In this document: one piece after another, positions 1 through 12,400 of the stretch
How the letters are laid out: the number at the start of each line of letters is the position of its first letter
Numbering within the stretch: the stretch's first letter is position 1
Assembly: GCA_012295275.1 (NCBI GenBank)
Contig: CM022667.1
Coordinates: 1,612,001 to 1,676,000 of the forward strand
Source: Chrysomallon squamiferum
Taxonomy: Eukaryota; Animalia; Mollusca
Reading direction: 5' to 3'
Length of the DNA stretch: 64,000 bases
The notes under the pieces: generated by a model
Told to the model about the DNA's origin: nothing
Databases searched by the model: none
The model's input: only the letters and a program-made list of their open reading frames with translations
Translations under genes and position numbers: made by a program

Positions 1-226
1 CAGCTTAGAAAAGTGAAAGTGATTCTACGTTTGTAGATGTAATATACATTTTAGTAAGTCTATTCAGATTTGAGTTTATGTCCAGCCTGTTTACAATAAA
101 ACAACAGTGAAATGCAAACATGCATTTTCCCAATTATTTCAGTATAATAACTGGTTTGTGGAAGAGGATTAGGGACATGATATGCTGCCTTTAATGAAAC
201 TCAAGATTCTTTTTGGAGTTTTTTAC

Positions 227-495
227 TCAAGAGAGATAATCTGATAAATCTCCTCGGCCTACAGCATCACAAGCTTCAGCAAGCTTCTGCAATGTGACAG
301 GATGATACTGACTTTTCCACTGTCGTAGCATTTGGTAAACCACTTCACCTAACTGACCCTCTGCTATATATTGCATTTTGAAATTGTCCAGTTGTCCTTC
401 TGAAAGCCTCAGCTTACGACCTAACTTCCTCCATAGAACTCCTATGTTATCAGCAATGTAGTCCATTTGATCCTGTGTAGGTTCATCTGTTGAAG
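227..495 (-). CDS. Death-domain exon (last exon) of paralog 1
   Basis: ORF 227..466 extended to the ttttaAG acceptor at 496-497; FADD/RIP/IMD-type death-domain pattern. Confidence 0.9.
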
Positions 496-2051
496 CTTAA
501 AATAACAAGAAGACAAATTTGATTGGCCAGTGAAAATAAATTTGTGCCAAACAAATAATATAAAAATATATATATATAAAAAAAATAATGAAAGTTTTTA
601 ATTATGAATTATGTATACACACAGGAACACACACACACACACACACACACATATAAACACACATGCATACACACACTCATACATGCACTGAAACTGGAAA
701 ATACACAAACATACATATGAAAGTGCATGTATGTATGTATGTATATGTAAACACACATAAACACACACAGTTCTGGCTTATTCTCTCCAGGAAGCAAAGT
801 ATTAAAAATCAATTTGGTTAAAAAATATTAAGACAGTGCATGCAGCTTTATAAGATAAATGATATTCAATCTGAATGAACTGTGTATAAAAACACTCACT
901 TGTAATTGGTTTTTTTCGTGGTATCTTAGATTTCTTTTTGCCAGAACCTGCATACATTACATTGTTGTTTCCAATCTGAATTGTAGAAGTTTCTGGGTCA
1001 CCAACCAATACCCTTCTATAACTGCCATCAGGTCCTAAAGTAAAAACAAATATAAAGTAAACTCTAAAAATCTTGAAGTTGCAATCCGATTCAAGATAGT
1101 GTTGTATTCAAGATATTAATCATATGTAACAGAAGAAAAAAGAATTACAAATAAACAATTGTTTGTGGTGTGATGATCTACATTCACAATATTATTAAGA
1201 ACTCCTTATATTCAGTGAGTTCACCTAATTTCAAAGACTGTGTAAGTATGAACCACTGTAAAACAGGGATTGACTAAACTATTACTAGTATTAATGTTAC
1301 TACTACGAGTACTACTTCTAATACTACTACTATTATTATTATTATTATTAATATTAGATCAAGTTAAACTGCTATTTGTCTGACTGAAACTCCTCTGTCT
1401 ATCTTTAAGATTTGTTTAAGAAATTTGAATTACTGATGGAATAAAAAAATTTAAAAAAGATATAAATAATAATATCTTTATAACATACGACAGTCTTCCA
1501 TGATAAATGGTGATTTCATATATGGTCCATTAGAAGGGGTGGCATCTTCATCTAGATCCTGGAATGATACAAGAAGAAAACTTTTATAAAATTGAAAGTT
1601 AACTGTTAATTATCTGAAATTTTGCAAGAACAGACCCCAAATAGCTACATGATTTGAAAAAAAATAGTAATAATAATAAAATAAAATAAAATAAAACCAA
1701 AAATACAAATTAAACTATGTTTTAAGTGAATGTATATGTATGTGTATACATGAAAAGAAATCCATACAAAACATGTATACTTTTTTATGTTCTTTTGTTG
1801 TCATCTTTTTAAAACTTTTTATACATATATTTTGTTAAATGGACATAATATCAGCATCACATATATGATATTCAAAATCTTTCTAAAACCAAATGCCCAT
1901 ACTTAATTTGGATATATATATATTATTATTATTATTATTATTATTATATTATTTTTTCTGTCTCAAGAAATACAATCTGATTAAAAATGTATAAGCTTAT
2001 TGATCATAGATACTGTTTATAAATACTTACATTATATCTTCTGCTTGCCAT
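227..2051 (-). CDS. IMD/RIP-like RHIM + death-domain adaptor, paralog 1 (164 aa; coding exons 2031-2051, 1489-1558, 900-1034, 227-495)
   Basis: All introns GT-AG, phases 0/1/1 consistent, accATGG start. Spliced product MASRRYNDLDEDATPSNGPYMKSPFIMEDCRPDGSYRRVLVGDPETSTIQIGNNNVMYAGSGKKKSKIPRKKPITTSTDEPTQDQMDYIADNIGVLWRKLGRKLRLSEGQLDNFKMQYIAEGQLGEVVYQMLRQWKSQYHPVTLQKLAEACDAVGRGDLSDYLS*. The C-terminus has death-domain hallmarks (IG..WRKLGRKL.L...QLD, YQML..W, TL..L..A...GR.DL). IQIGNNN is a RHIM core. Confidence 0.85.
900..1034 (-). CDS. RHIM-containing exon of paralog 1
   Basis: ctttAG acceptor, A|GTGAGT donor, 135 nt phase 1-1; encodes VLVGDPETSTIQIGNNNVMYAG followed by a basic linker. Confidence 0.85.
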
Positions 2052-2753
2052 GGTTCCTTGTAATGTAAGACTGCCTGAAAATAGTTCTGACCAAAGATAA
2101 AAACATGAACTATGTGAAACACAAACAACAACTACAGAGCTTTTGTGTTTCCTATCACTGACTCAGCACCTTTTGGCAATAAATGGAAAGCTATCTACCA
2201 TTTATGGTCAATAATGCCTGTTGAATCAATTGGCAGCATTTAAAATAAGAATATAAAAAAAATAAAAAAAATAAAGAAAGAAAGAAATAATAAAATAAAT
2301 AAAATAAAATAAATAAAATAAAAGATATAAAATAAAATAAAAAATTATAAATATAGATTCTTTGAATAAACAAAAATAAAACCCTGTTACATACTATACT
2401 GTCAGTGCCATTTCCTTAAATTAAAAATATATATATTTATAAACTGTAAGATGTTTTCCATTTATTTAATTAGTTCAATACACACTCATACTGTCTACAA
2501 ATTCGGTTTATTTTAAGACATATTTTTATGTTTGTCTTCAGAACCATTATGAAAACTTAGCAGCCAAAATAGTGGTGGGAGGATATAAAAAAAATAAAAT
2601 AAAAATAATAATAATAATAAATTTAAAAAATTAAAAATATGCCACCTTCCCAACAGCTAAGCATATTTATTGTTCTAAATATTTCATTATAAATATATCT
2701 GATTTGGAATTTTTTCTGAAAAGTAATCTGCCTTTGTCTTTGAGAAGATATTT

Positions 2754-2798
<45 letters not shown>

Positions 2799-3196
2799 TA
2801 TTATTATTATTATTATTATTATTATTGTTTTGTTGTTGTTATTTGCTTTCATGATTTTATTTCAAACACGATTAACCGAAATAAGCTTAAGATAATATAA
2901 TTGTTGTAAATATTAAAAATAGTCCTTTCTGATAGAATGTTATAAAAGTTTAGCTTTGTTTCATTAAGTAAATTATAAAACAGAACTGAAGAAATAAATA
3001 CTTACAAATTAAATTAATAAAAATAAATATTAAAAAAATCATTACGTAAATACTAAAATAGCACGACCTGTTTTAAAAATAGTAGTGTCATTAAAAATAT
3101 ATACATTTGTCATTATCGTATATCGTATCTCGAAATTAATTAATATCTAGAAAGTGACTGTAAGCATTTATCGTTATTAGATGAGTGAAACAATGC

Positions 3197-3208
3197 GAAA
3201 GTGAAAGT
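3197..3208 (+). promoter_or_regulatory. IRF-E/ISRE-like motif GAAAGTGAAAGT upstream of paralog 1
   Basis: Exact match to the IRF1/2 consensus; related copies at 8-20 and 4442-4452. Motif match only. Confidence 0.35.
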
Positions 3209-3333
3209 AAGAAAAAATAAAACAAAATAATTGTGTTTGAATAACAGTTATACCTAACTTGAGCTGCTGATCGTAGGAATTATATAATCTTAAATGTATT
3301 TGAGAAGATTACCTTATTAAGAAAGAATAATGT

Positions 3334-3343
3334 GGAAAATTTC
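3334..3343 (+). promoter_or_regulatory. kappaB-like motif GGAAAATTTC in the conserved upstream block
   Basis: Also at 4579-4588 and 15793-15802, with variant GGAAAATGTC at 9858-9867; imperfect match to the Rel consensus. Confidence 0.25.
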
Positions 3344-4979
3344 GTGTATTGTTAACCACAAAACTTTTCCCAACTTCCTTGTATTTTTATGTTTCGGTTA
3401 ACCGATATTCTTGTTTCGCTAAGGTCCTGATAATCAAGACTACAAAAGAAAACAATATTTGACTGGTACTCATGACTTCATATAGCTCTACGACAATTTT
3501 AGACGGTTGATTTATTATTAATATATATATCTATATATATATAGATATATATATATATTTTTTTATTGCAACAACGACAACAATATATATATATATATAT
3601 TAAAAAAAAAAAAAAGATTAAAAAAGAAGAAAAAAGAGAAAGAAATGAAAACGCGGGAAATATGTTTCAGAAGATATTTTAAATCTATTTTAGGAGATTA
3701 CTTTATTAAGAAGAAATAACATGTATTTTTAACCACAATTTTTTTTCGACTTCCATGTAGTTTATGTTTTGACTCATGACCTTATTTTGCTCTGTTTACA
3801 TTTGAGATGTAATTATTTTGAATAATTATGTGAATTTAACGTTTGTACTTGACAATTTTTGTTTGATTGTTGAATTATTATTATAATTATTATTATTATT
3901 TTTTTTTAAATGCAACAACGCAACAACATAAAAAAAAAAAAAAAAAAAAAAAGAAAGAAGGAAATCAAAACACGGGGATTATAACACCATGATTTTTTTA
4001 TTAAAAATGTTCATAACATTACTGATGTTAAAATACTGATGACATAAAAAGATATTAATTATTTTATTCCATCTTTCTTTCTTTTTATTTCGTCAGTTTA
4101 ACGATATTTTAGAGTAATCGAAATATTCACGCTTATTTGTACGCATTTGTAGCTAATAGACTGTATTTATATCGATTATTCTCAATAGATGTGCTTGACT
4201 GAGAATATATTTTATAATAATAATAATAATAAAAATAAAAATAATAAAAATAATAAAAAATCGTTATGTAACTAACATGACCAGTTGTCGAATTTCCCTA
4301 ACGCTGATCGTGTTCTCACCTATCCTATTTTAAAAATCGCAGTTTCGTTGAATAATCGCTATAATATATGGAAATTAATTAAAACCTAGAATGTTACTGT
4401 AAACTTAATTATCAGTAATAGATTATTAGTGAAGTAATGCCAAAGTGAAAGTAAGAAAAAATAAAATAGAATAATTATGTTTGAACAACAGTTATACCTG
4501 TCTGGAGGTGATAATCGTACTAATTATGTACGTTTTAAATCTGTTTTTGGAGATTGCTTTATTACGGAAGATTAACCTGGAAAATTTCGTTTATTTTTAA
4601 CCACAAAACATTTCCAAACATAGGTCCTGATAATCGAGACTACAAATATTTGACTGGTACTCATGACATCATTTTGCTCTATTTACATTTGAGACAAATG
4701 TAATTATTGTGAATAATTAGGCGAATTTAACATTTGTACTTAGACGACTATTTTAACCTTTAGACTGTTGAATTATTATTATTTTAAAAAAAAAGAAACG
4801 ATATTTTTGAGTATTGAAATATTATTCACGCTTATTTTTACACATTTGTGCCTGATAGACTGGATTTGCATGGATTATTCTCAATAGACGTGCTACACTG
4901 AGAATAACAGCGATGACAAAACAACAGAAATAATAATAACAATGACAATAACAATAACAAAATTTAATGCATAAACTTA

Positions 4980-5034
<55 letters not shown>

Positions 5035-5319
5035 TGTATTAACGATGTTGTTGATTATGCTAACATGTAGACTATATATCATATCACACACACACACACA
5101 GTATAAATAAATAAAATAAGTATTAATAAAAAAAAAAATAATAATAAACCAGCCACACGATCAGTCAGTCAAACTTACATAGTTTTACATTAAATTGTAA
5201 CAAAAGTATACTGAAGATATTTTATTTTATTAATATATTTATTTATCATATCAAAATTTAAAAACACAAGGGATTAAATGATTTGAAACACAGAAAGCAA
5301 TTTTAATTACAATTTAAAG

Positions 5320-5351
<32 letters not shown>

Positions 5352-5685
5352 TATAATAATAATAATAAATAAAACAGTAAGAACAACAAACAAACATAAA
5401 CAAACATTTTAATCACAGGAGCAGGATGGAGCTGAGTTAATTTTTGTTTTTGACAATATTTTTAAAGTAGTTTGACAAAAAAAAATAAAGATTGTATCTT
5501 CCATATCAGAAATGATGTCAATACAATTATTGGTATTTTTTCGTAGAAGAAATTTATCAAATTTAAACTTGAAAATAATTTCATTTTAAAGTCAGCAAGT
5601 TACTGTCAATACTGGATTCATTTGTTAAATCATAATAACAATTTGCAGTAATTATTTGAATACAGATACATTTTGTTTCTTTTAC

Positions 5686-7571
5686 TCAAGAGAGATAATC
5701 AGATAAATCTTGGCCTATAGCATCACAAGCTTCAGCAAGCTTCTCCAATGTGACAGGATGATACTGACTTTTCCACTGTCGTAGCATTTGGTAAACCATT
5801 TCATACTGACCCTCTGCTATATATTGCATTTTGAAATTGTCCAGTTGTCCTTCTGAACAAGCTTCAGCTTGTGACCTAACTTTATCCATTCAAAATTTAT
5901 GTTATTAGTAATGTAGTCCATTTGCTCCTGTGAAGGTTCAGATGTTGAAGCTGAAAATAACAAGAAGAAAAATTTGATTGACCAGTGATAATAAATTTGT
6001 ACCAAGCATCTAATACAAAAAAATAATAAAAAAAAAAAATAATCTTAAAATAAAAAAATAATAATAAATAAATAAAATAGAAATAAAAATACTGAAATAA
6101 AATAGTTCTTAATTATGAATTATGTACACACACAGGAACATATATATAGATATATAGACACACACACACATATATATATATTATTGATATAGATATTTAC
6201 AGACATACAGATGAATGTGCAAACGGTTTATTCCTGATTCTGGCATTCCTGAATCTGGCAGTGAGATTATAACACATCTTAATTGGACATGCCAGTTGTT
6301 CCATTTCTGACATTTTATTTCTCACCCTTACTAACTGGTGTTCCGTCACCTTAACTGATGTACTTTTGTTAAACTGTATTTTGTCCACAATTTGTAGGGA
6401 TACTGGTCAGCTCCTCCCATTCTCGCTTCCGCATGGTGTTGGTCAGTAGGTGGACAGCAACTTCGCTCTCATCCGAGGAATGGATGTGGTCTTTACCTCT
6501 CCTGACCACAGTCCCATCTGGTGTAGTAGTCACGGTGGCAAGGCACCTCGAATACAAACATCTCCATGGTACTGTACCATTCTTGTTACTAATCTGCTGT
6601 GCATACCAATATACATCAAGTATGCGGTCTGCACCTGGTTTTCTGCCATCCAAAATTTCTCCCCGATCGCAGCAATGATCACAAATAACAAACATCATGA
6701 CCGTACACTATTTATATAGGTAGTATTTCCTGTCTCCAAATTTTATACATCTCTTAATTGATCTTGTTAACCCCACGTCTCCAAATTTTACTGAGATACA
6801 ACATTAATTTCATGTCTCCAAACATTAATTTTCACCTTTCCTCTTCACTGCTCATTATTAATCTCATTAATCGCCCCTTCTCTTCTTCATACCTCTAAAT
6901 TGGCCTTAATTGCTCACACCAGTTTTCCCATTTCTGGAAGCGGATTATAACACCTCACCGATTACATAATCTGGAGACTGCCAGTATATATGTATGTATT
7001 TATGTATGTATGTGTATACATGCAGTTCTGGCTTATTTTCTCCAATAAAAATCAATTTGATAAAAAAAAAAAAAAAATTAAAAACAGAGGAAGTAGCTTT
7101 TACAAGATAAATGATATTGCATCTGAATGAACTGTGTATAAAAACACTCACTTTTAATTGGTTTTTGTTATTGTTTCTTTGATGTCGTTTTGCCAGGAAC
7201 CACATGCATTACATTGTTGTTTCCAAACTGAACTGAAGGACTATTTGGGTTATCAATAGTTATCCTTGTACTATTGCCATCAGGTTCTAAAGTAAAAAAA
7301 AAATGTAGAGTAAACTCTAAAAATCTTGAAGTTGCAATCATATTTAAGATATCATTGTATTCAAAATATTAATCATACCTAACAGAAGAAAAAAGAATTA
7401 CAAATAAACAATTGTTTGTGGTGTGATAATCTACATTCACAATATTATTATGAACTCATTATTTTCAGTGAGTTCACCTAATTTCAAAGACTGTGTAAGT
7501 ATGAACCACTGTAAAACAGGGAGTGACTGTACTATTACTATTATTAATCCTACTAATACTAGTACTACTTC

Positions 7572-7603
<32 letters not shown>

Positions 7604-7634
7604 GGTCAAATTAAATTGCTGTTTGTCTGTCTGA

Positions 7635-7694
<60 letters not shown>

Positions 7695-8442
7695 ATACTA
7701 AAGATTAGTTTAAGAAATTTGATTTACTGATGGAAAAATAAAAAAATAAAAATAAAAATAACTTTATAACATACCAATGTGTTCCATAGAAAGTGGGGAA
7801 TTATTTTGGGATTCATAAGAAGTGGTGGCATCTTCACCGAGATCCTGGAATGATACAAAAAGAAATCTTTTTCAAAAGTGCAAGTTAACTATTAATTATC
7901 TGAAAATTTTCAAGAACATGTCTGAAATAGCCACAGGACTTGAATGAAAGAAAGAAAGAAAAATAATAATAAAATAAAATAAAGCAAAAAGAAAAACAAA
8001 CAAAAAAATTATTTTTTGTTTTAAAAGTGTACCAAAAATACAGCTCAAACTATGTATCTGAGTGCATGTATGTCTGCTTGTGAATGTATGTGAGAGTGCA
8101 TATGTGTATGTATGTGTCTGTATATATATATATACACGCATGCATGTGTGGCACCCTCACACACACTACAGACGTTTGAAAATACAGTTTATTCATGCAG
8201 TTTTGTTACATACAATACATGCCTATTAATATATAGCATCACTCAGCCATTTGGTTTTGCTCAACAAAATACAGTATTATATCAGAGTTTAATATTACCC
8301 ATATACACACACATACAAATATATATGTGCACATACATACATACATATATACATATACACATATAAACACACACATATATATGTATACACATTATTTTTG
8401 TTTTTAAATAGCTGTATGTATGTATAATTATGTGTTTATGCA

Positions 8443-8481
<39 letters not shown>

Positions 8482-8839
8482 ACATGTTTGTATATATATG
8501 TATGCATAAGTATAATTTTCTGTTGTGTTCTACATAAAAAGAAATGATGTATTCATGCTGGTTTTAAAATTATTTTAACATTTAATTTCAACATGCATAC
8601 TCTCACACATACAACATGAAAAACAAAATCACCACAAAACGTTTTGGTGTTGTTTTGTTGTTTTTTAAAAACTTTTTACACATACTTTTTGTTAAATGGA
8701 CATAATATCAGTATAACATATTTAATCTCATATTTAGTTTATTTCTTTTTTTATTATAAAAATTAAAAACAAAAACAAAAAAACCCAAAATAAAAACCTC
8801 TAAAATACTTACATTTCCTCTGCTTACACAGCCTCCCAT
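5686..8839 (-). pseudogene. IMD/RIP-like paralog 2, truncated: pseudogene or 71-aa RHIM-only product (exons 8813-8839, 7775-7844, 7152-7286, 5686-5950)
   Basis: Homologous exons with intact splice sites. Product MGGCVSRGNDLGEDATTSYESQNNSPLSMEHIEPDGNSTRITIDNPNSPSVQFGNNNVMHVVPGKTTSKKQ* (TAA at 7168-7170). The death-domain exon also has a 2-nt insertion (CTT GT TCA vs CTT TCA), which splits it between ORFs 5817..6005 and 5686..5889. Confidence 0.8.
6181..6984 (-). mobile_element. Degenerate, internally deleted MULE/Mutator-like DNA transposon (FLYWCH zinc finger) in the last intron of paralog 2
   Basis: Absent from the homologous intron of paralog 1 and flanked by (TA)n. ORF 6369..6698 contains YWY...NGTVPWRC...RCLATVTT.......HIH, the FLYWCH pattern of MULE transposases. 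No DDE core or paired TIR found. Confidence 0.65.
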
Positions 8840-9290
8840 GAAAATGTCTTTAGATACGTTTCTTTTTGCAAGACCGCCTGAAAATAATTCTGACCAAACG
8901 TAAAAGTATGAACTATATTGAAACACAAACAACAAATCTATCTATCTATATATATCTATCTATCTATCTATATATATATATATTTTAAAATAATAAAAAA
9001 TAAAGAATTATAAAGAATATAGATTCTTTGAATAAATTAAAATAAAACCCAGTTATGTAAATGATGTTGTAATGTCAGTGTCATTTCCTGAACTTAAAAA
9101 TAATTTTCATTTTTATTTTTTTATTTATTTATTCATTTTTTTAAATTATAAACTATAAAGATGTATTCCATATATTTAATAAGTTCAATACACAATCACA
9201 TTTCCTACAAATTTGGTTTGTTTTAAGACATATTTTTAAGTTGTCTTCATAACCATTATGAAAACCTACCAGCCAAAATGGCAGTGGGAG

Positions 9291-9333
<43 letters not shown>

Positions 9334-10552
9334 TTTTTGTTAATTTATAAAAAATTAAGTATATATAATTTTCTAAATATTTCATTAAAAAATATATCTG
9401 ATTTGGATATGCTTCTGAAATCTAATTTGCTTTGTCTTTTAAATAATAATAATAATAATAATATTATTATTTATTATTTATTTTTATTGTATTTTGTTGT
9501 AGTTATTTCCTTTCATGATTTTATTTCAAGCATGATTAACCCAAATTGCTTAAGATTAATCGTTGTAAACACTAAAAATGGTTATTTCTGATGGAATGTT
9601 ATAAAAGTTTAGCTTTGTTTCATTATTAAGTAAATTATAAAACAGAACAGAAGAAATAAATACTTAAAAATTAAAATAATAAAAATAATTATTAAAAATT
9701 AATTATCAGTAATAGATTATTAGTTGTCCAAAGTTGCCTAAGAAAAAATAAAATAGAATAATTATGTTTGAACAACACTTATTCTAGGTTTGAAATATCA
9801 ATTCTGAACATCTTTGATCTATTTTCTGGAAATTACTTTATTATGGAAGACTAACGTGGAAAATGTCGTTTATCTTTAACCAAAAACATATAATTATCAT
9901 AGGTCCTGATAATCGAGACTAAGCATATTTGACTGGTACTCATGAAAATAAGCTCTGTTTACATTTGAAACGAATAATTATTTTGAATAATTAGGTGAAT
10001 TTAACATTTGAGGTAGACGACTATTTTAACCCTTAGACTGTTGAATTTTTATTATTCTTTGAAAAAAAAAAAACGATTTTTAGGAGATTGAAATTAACCA
10101 CCATTAATTTCCCAACTTCTATGTAGTTTGTTTCGATTAACCGGTACTCTTCTGATAATCGAGACTACATTTCACTGGTACTCATGACTTTATTGGGCTC
10201 TTTTAACATTTGGAATAATTATGTTAATTTAACATTTGTACTTAGACAATATTTGTTTGACTGTTGAATTATTATTATAATTAAAAAGAAAAAAAAATTG
10301 AAAGAAAGAAGGAAATTAAAACACGGGGATTATGTTTATAACACTGATTTTTTACTGATGATAAAATATTGATGACATAAAATGATATTAATTATTTTAT
10401 TCTATCATTCTTTCTTTTTATCCGTCAGTTTTAACGATATTTTAGAGTAATCGAAATATTCACACTTATTTGTACGCATTTGTAGCTGACAGACTGTATT
10501 TATATCGATTATTCTCAATAGATGTGCTAGTCTGAGAAAAACAGTGACGACG

Positions 10553-10604
<52 letters not shown>

Positions 10605-11851
10605 ATTTTAGTTTACCAGGTTAATTTAATTGCTTTAATTTTTTTTAAATTTTTTTTTTATTTCATAAAAGCGATTTTATCTATAAAGTTATGTACATCA
10701 TCCTAGGGGACGTTTTGAGAAAACCTGAACAGAAAATAATTAGAGATGTGTAAAGGCGTGTTCCACACCTGTCGTCGGATGCAAATTTAGTGCTTTGACA
10801 TTGTTGTGTAATTTCAAATCCGATTCCCATCTTGTCGCCTGTTAAAAAATGGCGGAGACGGCCATGGATGGACTTTTGTAAGAATGAAGATGGACATATA
10901 CATTTGTTTTTATATTCACTACTAAATTGAAAGTTTAAAACTAAACACACACCCCAAAATAATAATAATAATAATAAAAAATAAATTAAAGAAAAAAGGA
11001 TAAAAAAAAATACGTTTGTGTACGCGCGTACACACACACACACACAGAGAGAATTAACGTGATGTTGATTATGCTTACATGGAAATTATATATGACACAC
11101 ACACACACACTTTATAAGTAAATGAAAGACGAAATAAATATTAAATATAAGAAACATCAAAATACAAACAAACCAGTCAAACAATTCGTATCAACAGTAT
11201 ACTAAAGATGTTTTATTTTATTAATATATTTATTTATCATATCAGAATTTAAAAACACACGAGAGATTAAATGTTTTTGACAACGATCTTTAAAGTAGTT
11301 TAACAAAAAAAAAAAAAAAAAAAAAACAACTAAAGTTTAAGATTCTCTTCTTTTTAAAGGCGGTAAGTTATTGCCAATACTGGATTCATTTGTTAAATCA
11401 TAACAACAATTTGCAGTAATTATTCGAATACAGATACATTTTGTTTATTTATTATTATTTAATTACCAATAAAAAAAATATACAATCATAACGAAAACAA
11501 AACAAAAAGTATATATATAAAAAAGTAATAATTATTATAGACTTTTCAAATATCATTATTAATTTCGAATAATTAGCTTTTGAAACAATTTTTTTATTAT
11601 TAAAAGAAAATGTTTTGTTTAATTAAAATCCGGTTTTATATCTATTATCCAGCAAATTTCTTGGGTCAATAATGACGTCATATTTACGGCAGTTGTTTGT
11701 ATAGCAATCTTTCAGTTTCAAGGACGAAATAGTCTTTCTTTTAAGAACAAACGAAAACGAAAAAAGAAGACTATTTCGGCAGAGCGTCCTTGGTGTGACG
11801 TCATAATTATTATTTCTACTACTACTTAAATTCTGGTTCAGGCAAAACAGC

Positions 11852-11891
<40 letters not shown>

Positions 11892-12134
11892 ATCATAATC
11901 ATGAATCACAACCATTATTATTATTTAAATTCAGGTTAGGCAGAACAGCAAGATGTATATGACCCCAAAACTCCTCTTATCGGTCATAACGTAAAGGAAT
12001 ACTTCAGTTTATATGCAATGTCTGTTAATCTACTTGGACCTGGCAGGTCCTATGGCCAGTCTGATTTGAAGAAAGGGATTAGGAACACGATTGCTGCCTT
12101 TAATCAAACTCAAGTTTTTTTTGGTTTATTTTAC

Positions 12135-12400
12135 TCAAGAGAGATAATCAGATAAATCTCCTCGGCCTACAGCATCACAAGCTTCAGCAAGCTTCTGCAG
12201 TGTGACAGGATGATACTGACTTTTCCACTGTCGTAGCATTTGGTAAACCACTTCATACTGACTCTCTGATACATACTGCATTCTCAAATAGTCGAGTTGT
12301 CCATCTGAAAGCCTCAGCTTACGACCTAACTTCCTCCATAGAACTCCTATGTTATTAGCAATGTAGTCCATTTGATCCTGTGTAGGTTCAGCTGTTGAAG
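12135..12400 (-). CDS. Death-domain exon of paralog 3
   Basis: ttttcAG acceptor; near-identical to the paralog 1 death domain. Confidence 0.9.

Noticed and set aside
227-495. Calling the death-domain genes FADD, MyD88 or RIPK1
   Set aside because: No DED, TIR or kinase exons were found. The upstream exons encode a short RHIM-bearing N-terminus, so the call is only IMD/RIP-like and no symbol is given.
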